Part shown: positions 56,456-64,000 of the stretch, piece after piece
How the letters are laid out: each line of letters starts with the position of its first letter
How positions within the stretch are numbered: position 1 is the first letter of the stretch
Origin: Octopus vulgaris
Taxonomy: Eukaryota
Direction of reading: 5' to 3'
Assembly (NCBI GenBank): GCA_951406725.2
Contig: OX597824.1
Span: 48,112,001-48,176,000, forward strand
DNA length: 64,000 bases
Notes under the pieces: generated by a model
The model's database searches: none
Seen by the model: only the letters and a program-made list of their open reading frames with translations
Told to the model about the DNA's origin: nothing
Translations under genes and position numbers: made by a program

Positions 56456-59400
56456 AAATTTTTAAAATGCATATTAAATTTAAAGTGAAAGGTAGTATGA
56501 AAAATACTTTGATTAAAGTAAACTTGTAAGATGCAAATTATAAAAATTGTACACAAAATTTCATAAGTTACAGAAATAGAATAATTTCCATTTAAATTAA
56601 TATTCAATCAACTTGATGAAGGTAATAGACTAAGAATTTGATTATATTTGCAGCAAAGATTTTTGCAGTCATTAAACAAGTCTCATGTAAAGTATTTTGA
56701 TTTTCCATGAAAAAGAAACAGCAAATCTAAACTTACAACCATATAATTACTGCTAGTTACACCAATATATTTACAAGTCAATAAATTATATTAAAAATAC
56801 ACTTTCTCCAGACTTGCTTCATGTTCTAGACACCTCACTATAAACTACTTTATACCTGAAAATTTCAAATTCAATCTAACAGTAGATTTTTTTTCTAAAT
56901 TCTCCATAATTTTTACTCGACCTCACTTGTCCTGAAACTCTCTGGCAGTATGATCTTAGAATTTTTGTTTAGAATGATAAAAGATTAAAGTTCCTGTATC
57001 TTTAAAGAAATATAAAGTACTTATTTTGAACTAAGCAGTTCTTTGTTTCACCATAGACAGCTTTTAAAGTTTTGGTTAAAGTGCTTAAATTTCATGTGTT
57101 AGGGAAATATTAAACTTGTTCCAGCAAAATCTTGAACGCATTTTTTATGTTCAAACTAAGTAGATGAAACCATATTCAAGTTAATTGGTGACACAATTAT
57201 ATGAGAGCAATAACTTAAGCTGTAGCTTCTTAGTTACCATTATATTGGCACTACTATAGTTGCTGTTCAATAGTAGTCATTTATGTTACACAAGTGAAGT
57301 GACATTAACCTAATTATCACTGTAGCATTGTGTATAACAGGAACTGCTCCCTCTACCAATCTTTCTTATTTTATACACACTCTATTCTTTGTGAAATGTA
57401 TTCCTCAAAATAAATTCTAAGAAGTGTTTATTCTATTGAAAAAAAAAAAAAGAATTTAGAAATTCTTTTATTTAGTCTTCTTTTATTCTCAACCTTGTTT
57501 TGTATAACTTTTATAATCTTTGGCATGTTCTCAAAAGCATTTTCTTCAGGCAAGAAAAATGTCTACTTCAAACAGTACATTTAAAGCAATTTTGCTTATT
57601 CTTTATTTATTTTATTTAATTTATTTATTCTTTTAAAGTGCAAGTATAAACTACGCTAACCTTTGACATGCCATTCTTCACATGTTTCAGGCAGTGCCTT
57701 CCTTTTAACTCTATTGAAGATAAATCAAAGAACATCAAAAGGTGTAACCATTAGAAGGGATTCATAAGATACTGGCAAATTGGTTTCACCTATCTACACC
57801 TTAACCTTAAAGCTATGTAGCAAGAGTTTAAAAGAATCCATAATCAATCAGTTCTCACAAGCTTATCACAAGAATACATAAAATTAACTGTTGCTTCATC
57901 CTTCCCTCTACTAATCATCATCTGAAATTGTTTTAGCTCCAGTTTTATTTCTCTAAATCACAGAAATTGTGGTAGCTAAAGATCAATAAACTAAATCCCA
58001 TATCAGCATTTCGATCTTTTGAGGTTAATGGCTACATGCTTCACCTATTCATGGTTTGTGAAAAGCATATGCAGAATTCATGATCATTTCATCTAACAGT
58101 TTAACATTTCTTTGGGATAAGAGTAGAATGCCAGGCTTTATCAGCTTTTGGTTTAACAGTAAAGGTACAAAGATATAAGTATCAGGATGTGAGCATGATT
58201 AAAGCAAAGGGTTTATAGTTTAGGGATGTTCTTAATAATATGATGCATACAGTGTAGAAATTAAAGGAGAAAAATAATGATTGATGATAGAGATACAAAA
58301 TATTAACAGTTAAAATGTGTCATATTATAGCAACAGATCAAATGTTAATATATTATGTACAAATAAATAACATTATTTGAAAAAGCAATAACATAAAACA
58401 TTGCTTTGATCCTTTCAGAAGCTCAAAACTAAATATATATAAATCTTATTAAACCTTACATGAATCTCACAACAGATTTTTCAAATTTAGCTATTAAATT
58501 ATAAAAGAAACCAACAAATATTGATAACTAACAAACATGTTTGTAAAAGAGAATATTTTCAGAGACCCTTAAAATGTAAGGATTAAATATGATTTAAAAA
58601 AAAAAATGAATTAAGGAACATAAATAATGTAAACATACAGGCACATGACATCAGTAGTTCAATCAACGCTTTAAAATGTTGCATAAATAAGATTACTACA
58701 TTATGTATTACTGGTTCCAACTTACTAAGTATTAAAACAAGTTTCACATCAATTTTAGAAAGAATGATAAGTAGTAGGAAGGGTATCCAATAGTAGAATC
58801 ATTTACCTAGACAATCCTACCTCAGCAAGTAAACAAAAATTTTTTTTTAAATTCAAATTCAACAGCAATGAAACATAAAAAGATGTGAAGTCAAATGTAA
58901 ACGTTTTTTTTATCAGAATCTATTTGCCGCCAGAAATATCTCTAAAGTATAGGTGAACAGTTTAACAAATAACCACACTATGTAAACATGCATATTATTT
59001 TTAGTACAACAGGAAGACATGTTTGTTCTGCAATACAATAAAACTTAAAAATAACAAGCCAATGACAAACCTCTATGCAGCAGTAACCATAAATAGTAAG
59101 CAAGTCTCTCTCTCAAATTACATCCTATCATTTCAACCCCCCCCCACCAAAAAAAAAAGAAAGGACATACTGGATAATGTACTCCTAGATATACTATGTC
59201 TGTAAACAGAATGGCCACAGCTTAAAAACCTCCTGAGATCACGAGCCTTCTTATTCAAGGTTCATCTGAGGCTAAACAATTTGGAAAAACACAAACATAC
59301 ACACACATAAAAAAAACCCACCAAAATTTGAAAGCTTAAAGCTAGTTTCAAGAGGAAATAAATACTTCCAAATATAATTACATGAGTGTGCACAAACACA

Positions 59401-60113
59401 TTCATCATTATCGTTACCATATTTTGGGGCATGGTAGAAACATCTTGAATTCAGTCACATGGTTGAAAATACTGCTGGCCCAAATTTGGACAACTGATTT
59501 ATAAGGGAGAAGACTGGCTGAAGTGTATATTCATAAACAATGGAGTCTATGCCATATGGCTTGTAGTCAACAATAACATGAATTTGTATTGCTCAGCTCA
59601 GAATGTTCAAACAGTTACATCACACCTTGGAGTTTCTATTGATGAATATTGCAAACTGCCTCAATATAACTTTTCAGATAAGCAAAGTCTACAGTTATGC
59701 TCGGATTGGACAGGTACTACAGTATCTATCTCTCAATCTAACATATTTTATTATTACTAGCATGAAAATGGCCATCAATTGTTTCATGAGCCCAGTTTAT
59801 AATTGTGTACTGAGTCCTTATTTGAACTTTGGTCCTCTCAAATCCTCCCTAACTGGTAATATTCCATGTACAAGGGGTGTATGAAAAATTTTGAGCCTTG
59901 AAGTCTTGCACCATGTTTTGTTTTTTCATACATCCCTCGTATGTGTATGTACACACAAACACACACATATATAAATAAATATGTGGAACATACCATAGTC
60001 TATCAGTGGCCTAAAATATTCTAATCTAATATATATATATATATATATATATATGCAAGGACACATACACACAGAAAACCAGAGAAACCAAAATATTAAT
60101 ATTAAATAAACAT

Positions 60114-60322
60114 AAGGTGGTGAGCTGGCAGAATCATTAGCACACTGGGAAAAATGTTTAGCTGCATTTAGTCTGTCTTTACTGTGAATTCAACCGAGGT
60201 ACTTTGCTTTTCATCCTTTCAGGGTCAATACAATAAGTACTAGTTGAGCACTGGAGTTGATGTAATTGGCTTAACTCCTCCCTCTGAGTTAGCTGGCCTT
60301 GTACCAAAATTTGAAACTAATA
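60114..60322 (+). mobile_element. SINE family S1
   Basis: AAGGTGGTGAGCTGGCAGAATCATTAGCAC...TTTCATCCTTTCAGGGTCAATA...GGCCTTGTACCAAAATTTGAAAC. Confidence 0.85.
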
Positions 60323-60479
60323 TAAAAAAACATCAATTCACCTGACACAATGCCATGCTTCAAATACAAAATCTCATAGGTAGATGAATAAACAGCGAAC
60401 ATATAAGAAATATCATCAAATTCGGTTTGTGGGCCTTTTATGTCATCAGTAGTGTGGCATAAAGGCTCCTACACTAGTT

Positions 60480-60835
60480 TTAATCATTGGAATGAAGCCA
60501 TGTGGTGGCATCACTTCAGGGTTTTTTAATTCAGTTATATCAATCCCTGTACTTGTTTTAGGGATCCTTGTTTACTGAATGGTTAAATTATATTTTAATA
60601 TAAAATGCCTGTAACTTGATGCATTGTTTTACACAGGTATACATAAACAAATACACACACACATGCATACTGGCACAGAATGGGTTTCAGCACAATTTCC
60701 ATTAACCAAATTCTTTTCAGAAAGCTTTGGTCAATTTGAGGCATGAATTGGAGAAATTTTCTCAAGGTACAGCATGTCCAAATTTGAAACTAAGCATTTA
60801 CAAAGAGAACTTTTTAAAAACACATAAATATGCTT
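60480..60835 (-). mobile_element. Degenerate SINE family S2
   Basis: ATCATTGGAATGAAGCCATG...CAATTTCCATTAACCAAATTC...AAAGCTTTGGTCAATTTGAGGC aligns loosely with 45750-46040. Confidence 0.5.
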
Positions 60836-60943
60836 GCAAGTGCACATGCACACACACACAAATGCACATTATTTGCAAATAAGTCCAATTTTTTTTGTTA
60901 AAGAAACCTATATATGTAGTTAAATGTGCATTAACGTACTTAA

Positions 60944-61143
60944 TCCTTTTGATACTAAACTGTGTGAGACCAACCCCTGGTTCTATGATACAAACTTATT
61001 TAAAGTGATATAAATTAAACCTTCCTTTAACATTTCATGTTCCAAAGACCAGTTTAATAATGAGTAAAATATTTTATTAAATTTTTCATAATTTTCAAAA
61101 TTAATTGAACCAAAAGCAGATTCTTTTAACAGAAATATAACGA
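60944..61143. mobile_element. piggyBac-derived MITE (family 1, degenerate)
   Basis: TTAA|TCCTTTTGATACT... The body TTCAAAATTAATTGAA...AACAGAAATATAAC matches 49353-49567. Confidence 0.6.
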
Positions 61144-62259
61144 TTAATGCAGTGAATTACAATTTTTAATCAACTGAAATTATATATGTAATGAAAATTA
61201 ATAAGCATTAATGAAAACTGCTCTCAAAAAACAAACAGAAGGGAGGAAACTCTGGAACTTCAATTTACCAATAGTGATATGCTGTGGACAGGGAGACAGT
61301 CTAATTTGATGGTAATTCTGGATGTTTCCACTTTATCAGAACTCTTTGGTAAAAAATAGTCAACATATAGATACCAGACTACAGAAGGATTGAAATCGCA
61401 TATAGATTTGGTATGATGATAATTTATTGATTCAATTATTTGAAACAATGTCACTGCTAAATGTCTCAAGCTTATCACCTACATGAAGAACATTTAGTTA
61501 AGTACAGGCAACCATATTTAATGTAGTGAGTTAAAAATAATCTTTAATCAAATGAAATTATAGCTGTAAGTCATTAGCACTAATAAATCTGTGTATCAAT
61601 CTCAGTAATTTTAGCCTAAGTGGAAATTATTTATATTTGTGTTATCTTAGTTATACAAGATATATCAAAAGTAATACTGTTTAGAGCAGTCTGCTGAAAG
61701 TTTTTGAATTGAACACAAATAAAACAATCACCACTTTACACAGCAGAAAGCTAAGTTTTTCTAGTTGTTTTATAGCCATAGAAAAAATATGGTTGTCACT
61801 TGACCAACTCAGTCCAATTTTCCACAATACTGGAACCAGTGTCTTTGAAATGGGGACATCTGAACTTCTGTTGACTTAGAATAACATGACAATAACATAT
61901 AGCTGCATATTCATCTCTATCTCACCTCCATCATGACACCTCCGTAAAAGAGGATAACATCAAAGCTCTCCATTACCAACTACCCACCTCTATTACTATC
62001 TACTAACATGCTCTCTTATCATCAATCATATTTTCTGTAATTCCATCATTCTATTTATGCTGCTTTTTTTTCTATTTATTCTCCACACTAATAACCTATA
62101 CATAGTTATTACTAGTTCTTTTCTATTACTCACTCCTCTAACATCTCACTCCTATCACTGTTTTCTTCCTCACTCACTCTTCCCTTCCTTCTCTACTTTC
62201 ACTGTCTTGGCTATGTTTACCTTGGAAGGTAGACAATAGAGTAGAGAGAAATCTTTAGT

Positions 62260-62600
62260 TCTACAGGAGACAAAGGAACCTCTCTAGTGCTGGTGCCATA
62301 AAAAAAATGCAGCCAATACCTCTCAGTAAGTGGCTGATAAATGAACAGAGACAGTAATAAGTAAAAAAGGGACTCTTTAATCTTGTCATGAACATGACAA
62401 CTTCTCTTGCACTGGTGACAATGAAATGCATCCAGAACAGCCTGTTGGTTATGTTAGGAAGGGTGTTGAGCCTTTGAAACAATGTCAAAAGCAGAACATG
62501 ACTAAGACATGATTTATTGACCAGTCTAGGAAGGCAATAACCCTAAATAAGAACTGCCTAGAAGCACATGGCATGTGCATCCAGTATGGAAAGAGGACAT
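62260..62600 (+). mobile_element. Degenerate SINE/RTE-tail fragment
   Basis: CTAGTGCTGGTGCCATAAAAAAAATGCA...TGTTAGGAAGGGTG...CCAGTATGGAAAGAGGACATT. Confidence 0.45.
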
Positions 62601-62609
62601 TCACACGTA

Positions 62610-62810
62610 GCTGTATCCTGCCCAAATATTCTACGTGTATTATGTTCAAACTGGCCAGATTTGGCCTCTCATATCTATCTTACAATGTCATTCTAAAAAT
62701 AAACAATCACATCATCACAATCTTGAAGCTTCAAGATAATGCATAATTAATTCGAAAGAACGTGAATGAAAAAGTGTTACATTTGACAGAATAATCTGAA
62801 TGCTAAAGGG
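62610..62810. mobile_element. piggyBac-derived MITE (family 2)
   Basis: Ends GACAGAATAATCTGAATGCTAAAGGG|TTAG, the reverse complement of the 46298 end. Confidence 0.7.
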
Positions 62811-63158
62811 TTAGATGATAATGAATTAAGCTCCTTAACAGCCAATGTGGAATACTGAACAATGTTGAAGTAAATGTCTTCTACACAAGCACCTTTATTG
62901 CTAGACAGAAGGACCATTAAATGCCTAAAGTATCATTGTTTGGAACAATACTAGCTACTGGATTTGATTTGTTAATTCTTTTGAATTCACAATCTGCTTA
63001 ATCTCAAAGACAAGTAGTAGCAATTCATCTCTACTTTTGAAAAGCACCCAATACCAATTTCAGACACATAAGCAAAGCCTCAAGTGAAGTTCATTGCCTA
63101 CAAGACTAAAGGTAAAAAGATTCAAATAAGAGATAAGTTGATAAATCTGGTAACTCAC

Positions 63159-63183
63159 CAAAGCAATTTTAATGCAATCTTAT
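63159..63183 (-). other. Candidate 25-nt micro-exon
   Basis: Acceptor (T)n-CCAG| and donor TTG|GTGAGT. The only open phase is (D)KIALKLL. Confidence 0.4.
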
Positions 63184-64000
63184 CTGGAAAAAAAAAAACA
63201 AAACTATGATAGAAAGAGAGGGCAAGAGTATAAAGTATAAAAAGCAATATGTTTCAAAAGCTCACAGTTTAGAGGTAAAATGCATCTTTTATAGAAACCA
63301 TTAAGAATTTCTTTAAATCGATAACCTACATCACAAAGAGAAAAAGCAACCTCCAAAAATTTTAAATATATTTTATCACATATTTCATTGTTGTTTAAAG
63401 TGAATATTATGACTGTGTTCCAATAAATAACTACTAGAAGTTTTGGTTAAACAGTCTGTAAATAACTGTAAAGTGTGTTTTCAAACACAGTTTTTTGTTT
63501 TCCTACTGGGTTTATGGAAAACAACAGGTCACATGAGAATACATATATGCTCTGGCCTGTTCATCATGATGATGAACTACTTTTTCTATCTACTTCTGCA
63601 GTCTTTCCATTATAGCTAAGATGGAATTAATTTGTCTTTTTTTTTTCTCTTGTCTTCATCTATCTTCTTGTAGACAATATTTAGGTAATCAGAATGCAAA
63701 TGAATGGCTATGATGCCAACAAAATTCCTTACACATTGGTCTATTTCTTTGTTGTCACTAAAGTTTGACTTACAACAAATATGGTCAACTATAAGTTTAT
63801 ACAACTATAGTAAGTACTAGTCAAGTATAGTATTATAATGAACTGTTAGTCACTTGCTATATTACGTCATACAACATATATAAATATCCATTTATAAATA
63901 TTGTAAAACCAGTTTAGTACATTTTCTTTCTGGAGATGGTCTTATAAATAAACTTTTGGTATGAACTGTAGTTGTAAGTAGGGTTATGGAATTGGCAAAC

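Noticed and set aside
30759-60322. tRNA genes suggested by A/B-box-like motifs
   Set aside because: These are tRNA-derived SINE heads; none folds into a complete cloverleaf.

Overview
Eukaryotic, AT-rich genomic DNA with no prokaryotic features. The SINE/LINE repertoire most resembles an octopus (coleoid cephalopod) genome; this is an inference. The first ~21 kb is a giant (TA)n/(TACA)n microsatellite field containing CR1-like non-LTR retrotransposons: four near-identical copies of one young family (A), one decayed copy of a related family (B), a mosaic copy of a third (C) and very short 3' stubs. One family A copy (14151-17667, minus strand) has an intact APE-RT ORF2 and a 5'-truncated ORF1 with a CCCH zinc finger. 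ORF2 overlaps ORF1 by ~330 nt in the -1 frame, has no AUG before the first endonuclease motif, and the overlap holds a correctly phased A_AAU_UUU slippery heptamer. This suggests a (TA)n-targeting LINE that expresses its polymerase by -1 ribosomal frameshifting. Its 3' stem-loop tail covaries between families and is shared with a tRNA-derived SINE at 45.7-46.1 kb. The remaining ~43 kb looks intronic. It holds decayed Tc1/mariner elements, a deleted piggyBac with its MITEs, RTE LINE fragments, many SINEs, a Penelope-type hammerhead remnant, a 1.27-kb fold-back inverted duplication that splits a SINE, and a chain of candidate minus-strand exons. Nearly all long ORFs in the supplied track are (YI)n artefacts of the TA repeat.
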